DNA of 64,000 bases from Actinomycetes bacterium. GTDB lineage: Bacteria; Actinomycetota; Thermoleophilia; RBG-16-64-13. Below the pieces are notes generated by a model. It made no database searches. It was not told the origin of the DNA and worked only from the letters and a program-made list of their open reading frames with translations. The position numbers were made by a program, and so were the translations under genes. Positions 35,278-43,821 of this stretch are shown here, piece by piece. Numbering within the stretch: position 1 is the first letter of the stretch; each line of letters starts with the position of its first letter. The DNA is taken from positions 2,629 through 66,628 of the forward strand of contig JAGXFV010000048.1 of the NCBI GenBank assembly GCA_024637095.1. Reading direction: 5' to 3'.

Positions 35278-37185
35278 TCATATGCAGTCGAAGGGGGTGG
35301 GCTTGGCAGAAGCTGCGGCCATGCACTCGGTACCCGCCCCTCCGAGGGGGAGAGTGACGGGAGCCGGGAGGGAGACGGGAGCCGTGGACACGGAGAAAGG
35401 CGCGCCCGGTGTCTGGCCGCGGAGGCGCTTGAAAAGCGGCTGCAGAAAGTCGCAATAGGGCGAGGGCGCACCGTAGCCGCCGGCCAGGCCGGCCGCGGTC
35501 GCCGCGTAGTGGGCCTGCACCCAACAGTCGCCCCCGCAGGAACCGGTCACCGGACAGGACGCACATGTCTCCCGGTCCGCCGCGTGGCTCTCGCGAAGAA
35601 GGCGCAGCCCGGCGGAACTCCTCCAGATCTCAGAGAGCGGCGCTTCGCGCACATCCCCCGCCGCGAACATCGGATCTCCGCAGGTTATGGGACAGGCATG
35701 CACTTGTCCGCCGGCATCGACCGCGAGCAGCGAGCATCCTGCGCCGCAAAGGTCGCGGCTTCCGTTGAGCCGGCTCTTCCAGGCGCTGAGATTGTCGATC
35801 TCGATGCCGGCGCCGGCGGCTGCCTCCATGGCGGCGTCAAGGGCGGCCAGGAGCTCGTTTGGCGCGGGTATCAGAGCGGGAGACGCGGTCAGCCTACCGC
35901 GTTCGTGCGGCAGGATCAGGTGAAGGCGCCGGATCTTCCCCCGGCCGAGGTCCCGGATCAGACGGGGCAGGCCGGAGAGGACAGGGGCGAGCATGACCGT
36001 GTTGACGCCGACCTGCATGCCGGCGGCCTGCATACGGCTCAGAGTCTCCAGACCATCACGATAAGTGCCCTCCCCGCGGATCTCGTCGTTGATCTCTTCG
36101 GGCCCGTCCAGGCTGAGCAGGCATAGCAGTTTGCCCTCGGCGGCATCGGCCAGGAGATCCACCTGTGCGGGCTCGAGATGGCGGGCGAAGAACAGCCGCA
36201 TGCGGGCCTTGGGGATCCGGGCAACCCGCCTGACGAGCGAGATGAGGTCGGTGCGGAGAAAGGGGTCTCCCCCGATGAAGCTGTAGGTGGTCGCACCCAG
36301 CTCTGCGGCCTGCTCGATGACGGACTCCCACTCGCGGGTGCCTAGCTCGGGCGCCCGCCTGCTTGCGCCAAGACGAGCATAGCAATGGGGGCAGTCCCGC
36401 GCGCAGCGGTCGGTCAGGTGCAGATAGGCCTCTTTCAAGGGGGCGCCCTCGTCGGCGCGTGGCCGTTCCAGCGAACTCCCGCCGAGGCGCTCAAAGAGCC
36501 GCAGGTCTCGTTCTTCGTCGACATCGACCCAACCGGGAAGAAGGTGAACCTCCAGCCCCGCCGCCGCCAGCCCCTCGAGCAGATGGTGACGCGCCAGCGG
36601 CCCGCCCATGGGGCTTGTTTCGAGGATTGCGCGCAACGAGGGGCCGTGGCGTCTGACGGTCTCGGCCGTCAGACCCAGCAAGTAGAAGCCGCCGTCGAAT
36701 GCGGGGCCGACGACCACCCCGGGTCTATTATGCCGAGCGGCCCGGTTGAGCTCCCTCACGGCCTCGGAGAGGAACTGTGAGGGAAGGTGGGGTGTATCGC
36801 CCGCGAGGGCGATGGCGGAGGAGTACCCGTTCTCGAGCAATCCGGTGAGCACCCCGTTCAGCCGCTGGCCCAGGTCCCGCCCCTGCTGCAGCAGGAGCTT
36901 TGTACCCTCCGGCGGCCGCCATTCCGGAGCCGGTTGCGGGAGGGCTTGGCTCAAGGCCAGGTACACGTCTTCGCCGGTGGTTCCTGCGGTCTCGAGGAGG
37001 TCATGGAGCAGAGCCTGGCTGATTTCGGCCGCCCGCCCGTCTCCCACTGAACGCGCCAGGCGCCGCTTCGAGAGTCCTGCGACCGGGGGCCGGGACATGA
37101 TGGCAATGGCACAGCCGGCTTCTGGCCGCCATTCCGGGGCCTTCGTTACGGCTTCGGCCGACGTTCGTCTCCCCTGCTGCTCCAC
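35278..37185 (-). CDS. TIGR04282/DUF2064-like transferase fused to radical SAM/SPASM domain
   Basis: N-terminal MSRPPVAGLSKRRL, QQGRDLGQRL, AGDTP, GPAFDGGFYLLG, WVDVD; CxxxCxxC (CARDCPHC), GGDP, SLDG; SPASM CGAGC..ACP..CASC..CGGDC..YC. Confidence 0.85.
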   Translation of the reverse strand: MEQQGRRTSAEAVTKAPEWRPEAGCAIAIMSRPPVAGLSKRRLARSVGDGRAAEISQALLHDLLETAGTTGEDVYLALSQALPQPAPEWRPPEGTKLLLQQGRDLGQRLNGVLTGLLENGYSSAIALAGDTPHLPSQFLSEAVRELNRAARHNRPGVVVGPAFDGGFYLLGLTAETVRRHGPSLRAILETSPMGGPLARHHLLEGLAAAGLEVHLLPGWVDVDEERDLRLFERLGGSSLERPRADEGAPLKEAYLHLTDRCARDCPHCYARLGASRRAPELGTREWESVIEQAAELGATTYSFIGGDPFLRTDLISLVRRVARIPKARMRLFFARHLEPAQVDLLADAAEGKLLCLLSLDGPEEINDEIRGEGTYRDGLETLSRMQAAGMQVGVNTVMLAPVLSGLPRLIRDLGRGKIRRLHLILPHERGRLTASPALIPAPNELLAALDAAMEAAAGAGIEIDNLSAWKSRLNGSRDLCGAGCSLLAVDAGGQVHACPITCGDPMFAAGDVREAPLSEIWRSSAGLRLLRESHAADRETCASCPVTGSCGGDCWVQAHYAATAAGLAGGYGAPSPYCDFLQPLFKRLRGQTPGAPFSVSTAPVSLPAPVTLPLGGAGTECMAAASAKPTPFDCI

Positions 37186-37281
37186 TCGCCCCTTCCCCTC
37201 ATGCGGTGCTCTTCATTAAGTTTCCCCCGTGCGATCGCCTCGTGCAGTATCGCATCGTGCGCGCGCGGGTAGAATCAATTC

Positions 37282-37308
37282 ATGTGCTGCCAACTACCCT
37301 CGGTCTAA
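37282..37308 (+). CDS. Candidate leaderless micro-ORF MCCQLPSV
   Basis: TAGAAT -10 box (37270-75), 6 nt, then ATG TGC TGC CAA CTA CCC TCG GTC TAA. Confidence 0.35.
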   Translation: MCCQLPSV

Positions 37309-37384
37309 GAACGGTTCGCCTGAGGCAGGGGCACGAGTCCGTTGACCTCGCTGCCCGGCATCCAGGAGGGCGGAAAGATCGAGG
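37298..37384 (+). ncRNA. Candidate structured leader RNA (three-helix junction) upstream of ligC
   Basis: Nested helices CCTCGGTC/GATCGAGG, AACGG/CCGTT and CTGCCC/GGGCGG; no known family recognised. Confidence 0.3.
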
Positions 37385-37421
37385 ACATGAGGGCGGCGGA
37401 GGACCGGACATAGGAGAAACC

Positions 37422-38453
37422 GTGGAGAGCTTCCCCTTCGATCCCCCCATCCTCCCCATGGAAGCGGTGGTGAAAGACGAGCTGCCCTCGCCGCCGGGCT
37501 GGGCCTACGAGCCGAAGTGGGACGGATTCAGGGTGGTGGCCTGGTCCGGGCCACCACCCCGGCTGGACAGCCGTAATGCCAAGCCCCTGCTACGGTACTT
37601 CCCCGAGATCCGGCCGTCGCTGGAGGGCCTGCCGGAGGGAACGGTCGTGGACGGGGAGGTGGTGGTCGTCCTGGAGGGCATGCAGAACTTCGACGCTCTG
37701 CAGAACCGGGTGCATCCCGCGGCCAGCCGCGTGGAGAGGCTTTCGCGGGAAACGCCGGCCCAACTCGTGGCTTTTGACCTTCTCGCCCTTCGCGGCCGGG
37801 ACCTACGTGGCTCGCCTTTCGGCGAGCGCCGAGCCGCCCTTGAAGAATTGGCGTCGGACCTGCCCGCGGGCTGGAGCCTCACACCCTCCACGCAGAATCT
37901 CGATACGGGGAAGCGCTGGTTCCATGAATTCGAATCGGCCGGATGCGACGGCATCGTCGCCAAGCGGTTGAACGGGCGCTACGTCGAGGGCAAGCGCGAC
38001 ATGGTCAAGGTGAAGCATCGGCGAAGCGTCGACGTGGTCGTGGGCGGCTACCGGCTGCACAAGCTGGGTGATCGGGTGGGCTCGCTGCTCCTCGGTCTAT
38101 ACGATTCTCGGGGGCAGCTGCACTTCATCGGCCACACTTCGGGTCTAAAGGAGGGCGAGGCGATCTCGTTGCTGTCGGAGCTCGAGGAGCTGCGGACCGA
38201 GGAGTCCTTCGGGCGCGAGGCGCGGCGGCCCGGAGGCGAGAGCCGCTGGGCTTCGGGCAAGGACCTGTCCTGGATTCCTGTGGCGCCGGAGTTGGTGGCT
38301 CAGATCAGCTACGACCAACTGACCGGCGAACGCTTCCGCCACGCCACCAGGCTGGAGCGCTGGCGACCCGACAAGGACCCCGAGGCATGCACCATGGATC
38401 AGCTGGAACGGCCCGAAGGACCTGAGTTCAGCCAGGTGGTCTTGGGCGGATAG
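37422..38453 (+). CDS. ligC: ATP-dependent DNA ligase, LigC-type (catalytic core only)
   Basis: YEPKWDGFR, DGEVV, AFDLL, DGIVAK, MVKVKH, FRH; GTG 37422 after AGGAGA. Confidence 0.85.
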   Translation: MESFPFDPPILPMEAVVKDELPSPPGWAYEPKWDGFRVVAWSGPPPRLDSRNAKPLLRYFPEIRPSLEGLPEGTVVDGEVVVVLEGMQNFDALQNRVHPAASRVERLSRETPAQLVAFDLLALRGRDLRGSPFGERRAALEELASDLPAGWSLTPSTQNLDTGKRWFHEFESAGCDGIVAKRLNGRYVEGKRDMVKVKHRRSVDVVVGGYRLHKLGDRVGSLLLGLYDSRGQLHFIGHTSGLKEGEAISLLSELEELRTEESFGREARRPGGESRWASGKDLSWIPVAPELVAQISYDQLTGERFRHATRLERWRPDKDPEACTMDQLERPEGPEFSQVVLGG

Positions 38454-38467
38454 CTGCCTCGGTAGTG

Positions 38468-39505
38468 TTACCGCCTTCGGCGTTTCGAGGGCTGCACCCG
38501 CGGAGGCTCGTCAGGTTGCTTGCGAAAGTGTGGCGGCCAGGGGGCATCCTCTTTTCCCGATTGAGCCTGCTCGTCATACAGCTCGAGGAGCCCGTCGAGC
38601 CGTCCCGACGCTTCGTCTATGCCCTCCGTCAGGTCACCCACGTCGGCGTAGCGGTCGGTGAATCCCTGCATGGGGAAGTCCTCGGGTTCCACTCCGGGCA
38701 CTTCTTCCCAGCGCAGCGGCGCGGAGACAAGGCCCGTCTGGCGGACGCTATAGGCGCTTGCCACCGTGCGGTCCCGGGCGTTCTGGTTGTAGTCGATGAA
38801 CACCCCACGGCGCTCTTCCTTCCACCAGGCGCTCGTGGCCAGATCGGGATGCCGGCGTTCGACTTCACGCGCCAGCGCCAGGGCAGCGCGGCGTACGTCA
38901 ACAAACTCCCACGCGGGTTCGATCCGCACCAGCAGGTGAATTCCTCGAGAACCAGAGGTCTTCGGCCAGGCAACCAGCCCTTTTTCGGCCAGCACTTCCC
39001 GGCAGGCGAGGGCGGCCTCCCGGACCGCCGCGAATCCCACTCCCTCCGAGGGATCCAGATCCACCCGCAATTCGTCGGGGCGATCGAGGTCTGGCACCCT
39101 CACCGGCCAAGGATTGAAGTCGATACAGTTCAACTGCACCATCCAGAGCAGGTCGGCTTCCTGACGGGGAACCAGCAGGTCGGCAGAGCGGCCCGAGGGG
39201 AACTGGATGGTGGCGAACTCGCGGGCCGGTTCCGGCGCCTGCCGACCGTCAGCGGTCTTGGCCTCGCCGCCCTGTTTGGGCGCCCGCTTCTGAAAGAACG
39301 GTTCGGCACCGGCTCCCCGCGGCCAGCGCTTGAGTACTGTGGGCCTCCCCTCTACGCCGCGCAGCGCGCCGTCGCTGCAGGCCACATAGTGGCGAGCCAA
39401 GTCGGCCTTGGTCCACCCTTGCCGGGGGAACATCAACTTGTCGGGGTGGGTTAGGCGGACGTTCCCGCCTTTGACCTCGAAGATCATCTCGTCGTTGCCT
39501 GCCAT
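38468..39505 (-). CDS. Stand-alone LigD-type primase-polymerase (Prim-PolC-like)
   Basis: LTHPDKLMFP, RWPRG, FFQK, DLDP, KTSGSRGIH, FIDYNQN, SAYSVR. Confidence 0.9.
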   Translation of the reverse strand: MAGNDEMIFEVKGGNVRLTHPDKLMFPRQGWTKADLARHYVACSDGALRGVEGRPTVLKRWPRGAGAEPFFQKRAPKQGGEAKTADGRQAPEPAREFATIQFPSGRSADLLVPRQEADLLWMVQLNCIDFNPWPVRVPDLDRPDELRVDLDPSEGVGFAAVREAALACREVLAEKGLVAWPKTSGSRGIHLLVRIEPAWEFVDVRRAALALAREVERRHPDLATSAWWKEERRGVFIDYNQNARDRTVASAYSVRQTGLVSAPLRWEEVPGVEPEDFPMQGFTDRYADVGDLTEGIDEASGRLDGLLELYDEQAQSGKEDAPWPPHFRKQPDEPPRVQPSKRRRR

Positions 39506-39656
39506 TTCGCTCCCAATCCTGGTTGGGGCTTGACCGGTGGAGAAGGTACCCTGTTGCGGGCCGGGAATACGCAGGTGAAAGGTCGCTGCGCCGTGGGTCC
39601 TGGCCGTGCAGCGGGGCGCAGTTGGTGCGAGTGGCGGCCCGCGGCCGGATGCAACC

Positions 39657-40868
39657 ATGCGGCATAAGCCGAGGAGTCAAGCCCGGGTGCATAGACTCAG
39701 TCAGATCTGGCATGTCATAGGGGAGGCGTTTTCCGATTGGCAGGAGGACGGCGCCTCCCGCCTTGCCGCCGCCCTCGCGTATTACGCCGTCTTCTCGCTG
39801 GCGCCGACCGTGATCATCGCGGTTTCCGTGGCCGGCTACATCTTGGGCCAAGGCCGGGCCGAGCAGGAAGTGCTCAGCCAGGTGGAGACCTGGCTTCAGA
39901 GCGAAGAGGCCAGCCGCCAGGTGGAGCGCATCCTGATCAACGCCAGACAGGCAGGAAGCACCGGCACGATCGTGGGAATCGGCGGGTTGGTCTTCGGCGC
40001 CACGGTCTTTTTCGCCAGCCTACAAGACGCCCTGAACATCATCTGGGAGGTCAAACCCAAGGGCCGCGGTCCTATCCTTGGCTTCCTCAAGAAACGGGCG
40101 ATCTCTTTCCTGATGATCATCGGCCTGGGCGCGCTGGTGATAGCTTCTCTGGTCTCGAGCACCGTGCTGACCGCCTTGGGCGGGTACTTCGAGGATGTCG
40201 TGCCCTTGCCCACCGGCTGGCTGCAACTGGCCAACCTGCTGGTCTCATTCGTGCTGATCACGGTGCTGTTCGGAGCGGTGTACAAGATCCTGCCCGACGC
40301 CCGTATTGCCTGGAGCGACATTTGGATCGGGGCGGGGATCACATCCTTCCTATTCGTCGTGGGCGCTTTTGGGTTGAGCGTGTACTTCGCCTTCAGCAGT
40401 GTGGGCTCGGCCTACGGGGCCGCCGGTACCCTTATCGTCATCATCGTGTGGATCTACTGGTCGTCTCAGATCATTCTGTTCGGGGCTGAAGTCACGCAGG
40501 TCTACGCCAACCGCTTTGGCCGCAGCATCGTGCCCGAGGAGGGTGCGGAGTACCGGCCTGGAGCCCACCGGTCTCGGCAGGTCAAACGCCGCCCCGAGTT
40601 GGCGGAAGGGGATACTCCCGACGAGCGGCGCGAAGCCGCGAAACGCGAGGCCCTGCATCGTGAGCATCAGAGCGGCCGCGAGCGCGAGGCCGTCCATGAG
40701 CCGGAGAACCGGCTGAAGAGTCGGCGGCAAGATCGCGTTCAGGTAGGCCGCAACAATCGTGCGGACCGATCGGCGGGGCGCCGAACCGGATCCGTTCTGT
40801 TGACCATGGCCGCAGGGGGACTGGTTGCCGAATTGGCCCGCCGCACCATCGTTCGAATGCGAAGATAG
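39657..40868 (+). CDS. YihY/virulence factor BrkB family membrane protein
   Basis: AAALAYYAVFSLAP, LNIIWEV, YKILPD, YGAAG, WIYWSSQI.LFGAE. Confidence 0.9.
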   Translation: MRHKPRSQARVHRLSQIWHVIGEAFSDWQEDGASRLAAALAYYAVFSLAPTVIIAVSVAGYILGQGRAEQEVLSQVETWLQSEEASRQVERILINARQAGSTGTIVGIGGLVFGATVFFASLQDALNIIWEVKPKGRGPILGFLKKRAISFLMIIGLGALVIASLVSSTVLTALGGYFEDVVPLPTGWLQLANLLVSFVLITVLFGAVYKILPDARIAWSDIWIGAGITSFLFVVGAFGLSVYFAFSSVGSAYGAAGTLIVIIVWIYWSSQIILFGAEVTQVYANRFGRSIVPEEGAEYRPGAHRSRQVKRRPELAEGDTPDERREAAKREALHREHQSGREREAVHEPENRLKSRRQDRVQVGRNNRADRSAGRRTGSVLLTMAAGGLVAELARRTIVRMRR

Positions 40869-40935
40869 GCGGCGCTGCGCGGGCGAAGTGGTCGCGCTTA
40901 GGAGAACCGGACGGCGGGCACGCGGGCCCGACGGT

Positions 40936-41751
40936 CTAGGGGAGGGAGGAGCTACTGCCCTCCGAATAGCCCTTGGCTACCTGCAGGTGCAGATGGCTTC
41001 CGGAATCATGAGTGTACTCGGCCAGTCGGGCTCCCAGATCGCCCTGGGCCTCCCGCACCTTGCCGAGTTGAGTCTTGCCGGCCGTCACAGTCTGGCCGAT
41101 CGTGACGGCCGGCTCGTCGATCAGCAGGAGCGATACCGTCAGATCTCCCAAGCCCTCGGGGCGGATGTCGATCTGCACGTCTTCGTACTTGCCGTAGAGC
41201 TGATAGGTCCTCACGCCGGTGATCTGGCCGGAGACGGGGCTGACCACCACGGCTCCGGGGGATGCCCCGATTTCCACCGCCCCGGTTTCCACATCCGAGC
41301 GCCCGCGCTCGCCCACCGTGTAGTAGCGGATGGAGGATTCTCCGGAAAACACCCTCTCGAGGCCCCGCGAGACGACGCTTGCGTTGACGCGGCTTCCCAA
41401 CGGGGTGAGCGGGACGGCTTTTTCGTCCGAGGTCGGAGAGTAAGCGATGATGGTGGCCTCCCCGGCGCTGACCGGCAGCACCAGGTTGCGGTCCTGGATC
41501 TTGGCGAAGACGGGATGGGTCTCCCCGGCGGTCGCCACCGGGCCCGAAGAGGGATCGTCCTCGACCAGAAGCTCCCCCGCGTTGACCTGAGAAGTGGAGC
41601 CCTCGGCGAGAGACATCACGGCATAAGCAGAGACAGAAAGCAGGAAAAGGGTCACCAAGGTGAGAAAGCGTAAACGGCGCCGTCGGATCTTGACGGCTCG
41701 CTGCTCCCGACGAAGTCGTTGGCGCAGATGTACTGAGGAGCCTTCTCCCAT
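40936..41751 (-). CDS. Membrane-anchored M23-peptidase-like protein, probably degenerate
   Basis: Basic N-terminus plus TM; GAVEIGASPGAVVVSPVSG and GSHLHLQV; HxxxD motif absent. Confidence 0.6.
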   Translation of the reverse strand: MGEGSSVHLRQRLRREQRAVKIRRRRLRFLTLVTLFLLSVSAYAVMSLAEGSTSQVNAGELLVEDDPSSGPVATAGETHPVFAKIQDRNLVLPVSAGEATIIAYSPTSDEKAVPLTPLGSRVNASVVSRGLERVFSGESSIRYYTVGERGRSDVETGAVEIGASPGAVVVSPVSGQITGVRTYQLYGKYEDVQIDIRPEGLGDLTVSLLLIDEPAVTIGQTVTAGKTQLGKVREAQGDLGARLAEYTHDSGSHLHLQVAKGYSEGSSSSLP

Positions 41752-41884
41752 TGGCCTTACATTAGCACTCGAGAACGGTAAGGGCCACGCGGAGACGCGC
41801 CCTGCGAAGGAGTGGAGGAGTATCATTGACCGCTGAGCCAAAGCCCTCGGACGCGCCGCGGGCCCCCGAGTCCTAGGAGAGAGC

Positions 41885-43141
41885 GTGCAGATCACCATCC
41901 CGCGTTGGGTGCAGTTGATTCTGATGCCGCTGGCGGTTTTGGCCGTCTTCTATCTGCTGCGCACGCTCAGCACGGCCGTCTTCGTCTTCCTGATGGCGGC
42001 GCTGCTGTCCCTGCTGCTCAATCCGCTGGTCCAATCGCTCTGCGCCCTGCGCATCCCCCGTTATCTCGCGGTTCCCATCGTTTATCTGAGCTTTGCCACG
42101 ATCCTGGTGCTCCTGGCGATCCTCGCCGTACCGCCCCTCGCGGCTCAGTTGAGAGCGCTGGGGGACAACGTACCGGAGTGGGCTTCTCAGGTTGAGTCCT
42201 GGCTTTCGGATCTGCAGACCTACCTGGCCGACCGGAATGTCGAGGTCAACCTGACCGCTTCGGTCGACCGCTTGGTGGTTTGGGTCGAGGATACAGCGCT
42301 GTCCACTGCGGGCACGGTATTCAACGTGACCTTCAACGTGCTCAGCTCGCTGGCCACGTTCCTCCTGATCGTCATTATCAGTTTCTATATGCTTTTCGAC
42401 GGCCGCCGCATCTTCAACTGGCTTCAACGCATCCTCCCCGGCGACGATGAGACCATGGCCGCCTACCTCTTCGGCCTGCAAGAGTCCTTCGTCCGCTACG
42501 TCAAAGGCCAGTTGCTTCTGGCCCTCGCCGTGGGACTCGCGGGAGGAATCGCCATCTGGAGCCTGGGCTGGGACGCGATCGACATCTGGCCGGAGGGAAG
42601 CCGGTACGCCCTGCTCTTTGGTGTGTGGGCGGGCGTCACGGAAGTGATCCCCTTTGTCGGCCCGTGGCTGGGCGCAACCCCGCCGGTGCTCTTGGCGCTG
42701 TTTCACGCTCCCGGCACCGCCCTCTGGGTCGCCTTCATCTACTTTGCCATTCAGCAGCTCGAGAACCACATCCTCGTGCCCAACATCATGGGCACCACGG
42801 TGGGGGTCCATCCTCTGGTGGTCATATTCGCCATCTTGGCTGGGGCCCAGGTGGGGGGCATCGTGGGCATGCTGGCCGTGCTGCCGCTACTTGCCATGGG
42901 CAAGCACACCATCAAGTTCTTTGATTTTCGCTTCTCTCGGGCGCCCTGGATCGCTGACGACGGCGTGTCCCTGAGGCTCGAGAGGCGTTCCCCCGGCGAA
43001 ACGGATGCGGTCCTCCCTGCGGTGACCGCAGAGCAGGAGCACAGCGGGATCCCGACCCAGGAGCAGGATCTGCCGGAGAAGCCGTCGGAAGAGCGCGGGC
43101 CTGAACGCCGCCCCGGTCCCGTCGAGCGACGGAGTTCCTGA
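41885..43141 (+). CDS. AI-2E family (PerM/UPF0118) transporter
   Basis: FYMLFDG, YVKGQ, EVIPFVGP, QQLENHILVP, VHPL..IFAIL.G. Confidence 0.9.
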   Translation: MQITIPRWVQLILMPLAVLAVFYLLRTLSTAVFVFLMAALLSLLLNPLVQSLCALRIPRYLAVPIVYLSFATILVLLAILAVPPLAAQLRALGDNVPEWASQVESWLSDLQTYLADRNVEVNLTASVDRLVVWVEDTALSTAGTVFNVTFNVLSSLATFLLIVIISFYMLFDGRRIFNWLQRILPGDDETMAAYLFGLQESFVRYVKGQLLLALAVGLAGGIAIWSLGWDAIDIWPEGSRYALLFGVWAGVTEVIPFVGPWLGATPPVLLALFHAPGTALWVAFIYFAIQQLENHILVPNIMGTTVGVHPLVVIFAILAGAQVGGIVGMLAVLPLLAMGKHTIKFFDFRFSRAPWIADDGVSLRLERRSPGETDAVLPAVTAEQEHSGIPTQEQDLPEKPSEERGPERRPGPVERRSS

Positions 43142-43192
43142 GCGACTACCATTCCTGGTAGAATCCGCGCCTGTACGTTCGAGGAGGAGCAG

Positions 43193-43798
43193 ATAGATAC
43201 CCTGCGGGATTTCTTTGGGTTTCGCCTTCGTCGGGCCTTCGAGCCCCTGATCCTAGGCCTTCAGAAACTCAACATCACCCCCAATCAGATCACAGTGACA
43301 GGAGCGCTGCTCAACCTCGCGGCGGCCGCGCTGGTCGTCGGCGACCGGTTGGTGCTGGCCGGGGTGGTTTTCGTGGTGGGCAGCCTGTTGGACATGCTCG
43401 ATGGGACCTTGGCTAGGCTGGCTCAGAAGGTATCGCCCTTCGGCGCATTCCTGGACTCGACTCTGGACCGGGCTTCGGAGGGGATCGTCTTGGCGGCTAT
43501 CGCCTACCGGATGGCGGAACAGGGCCGGCCCGTGGACGCGGCTCTGGTCGTGGTCGCACTGCTAGGTTCGCTTCTGGTGAGTTACACTCGTGCACGCGCC
43601 GAGGCGCTGGGGCTCGAGTGTAAAGTAGGCTTCATGAGCCGTCCCGAGAGGGTGGTGCTTCTCTCGATCGGCTTGTTCTTCGATCTCTTGCCCTACGTGG
43701 TCTACTTGCTCGTGGTGCTCACGACGGTGACCGTGGGGCAAAGAGTGGCGCATACGTACCGGCAACTCAGACCCGCCGAAGACGCGGCGGGAGAGTAA
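43193..43798 (+). CDS. pgsA: CDP-alcohol phosphatidyltransferase (phosphatidylinositol-phosphate synthase-like); probable ATA start
   Basis: [42 protein letters not shown]; ORF extends upstream of GTG 43295 to ATA 43193 after GAGGAGG. Confidence 0.8.
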   Translation: MDTLRDFFGFRLRRAFEPLILGLQKLNITPNQITVTGALLNLAAAALVVGDRLVLAGVVFVVGSLLDMLDGTLARLAQKVSPFGAFLDSTLDRASEGIVLAAIAYRMAEQGRPVDAALVVVALLGSLLVSYTRARAEALGLECKVGFMSRPERVVLLSIGLFFDLLPYVVYLLVVLTTVTVGQRVAHTYRQLRPAEDAAGE

Positions 43799-43821
43799 GA
43801 AGATTATCTCTTAGGAGGCTT

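Noticed and set aside
37298-37384. Hammerhead ribozyme (stem-UA, GAAA-stem geometry fits type III)
   Set aside because: The required CUGANGA core reads UUGACCU; kept only as an unassigned structured RNA.
37422-39505. Complete NHEJ (Ku-LigD) system
   Set aside because: No Ku or phosphoesterase domain in the window; the domains are split as in LigC/Prim-PolC.
41762-41788. CIRCE half-site TTAGCACTC (a similar half-site is at 19588)
   Set aside because: No GAGTGCTAA second arm after N9.
43139-43195. Readthrough fusion of the AI-2E transporter and pgsA (same frame)
   Set aside because: A separate -10 box and strong RBS lie between them; independent initiation is simpler.
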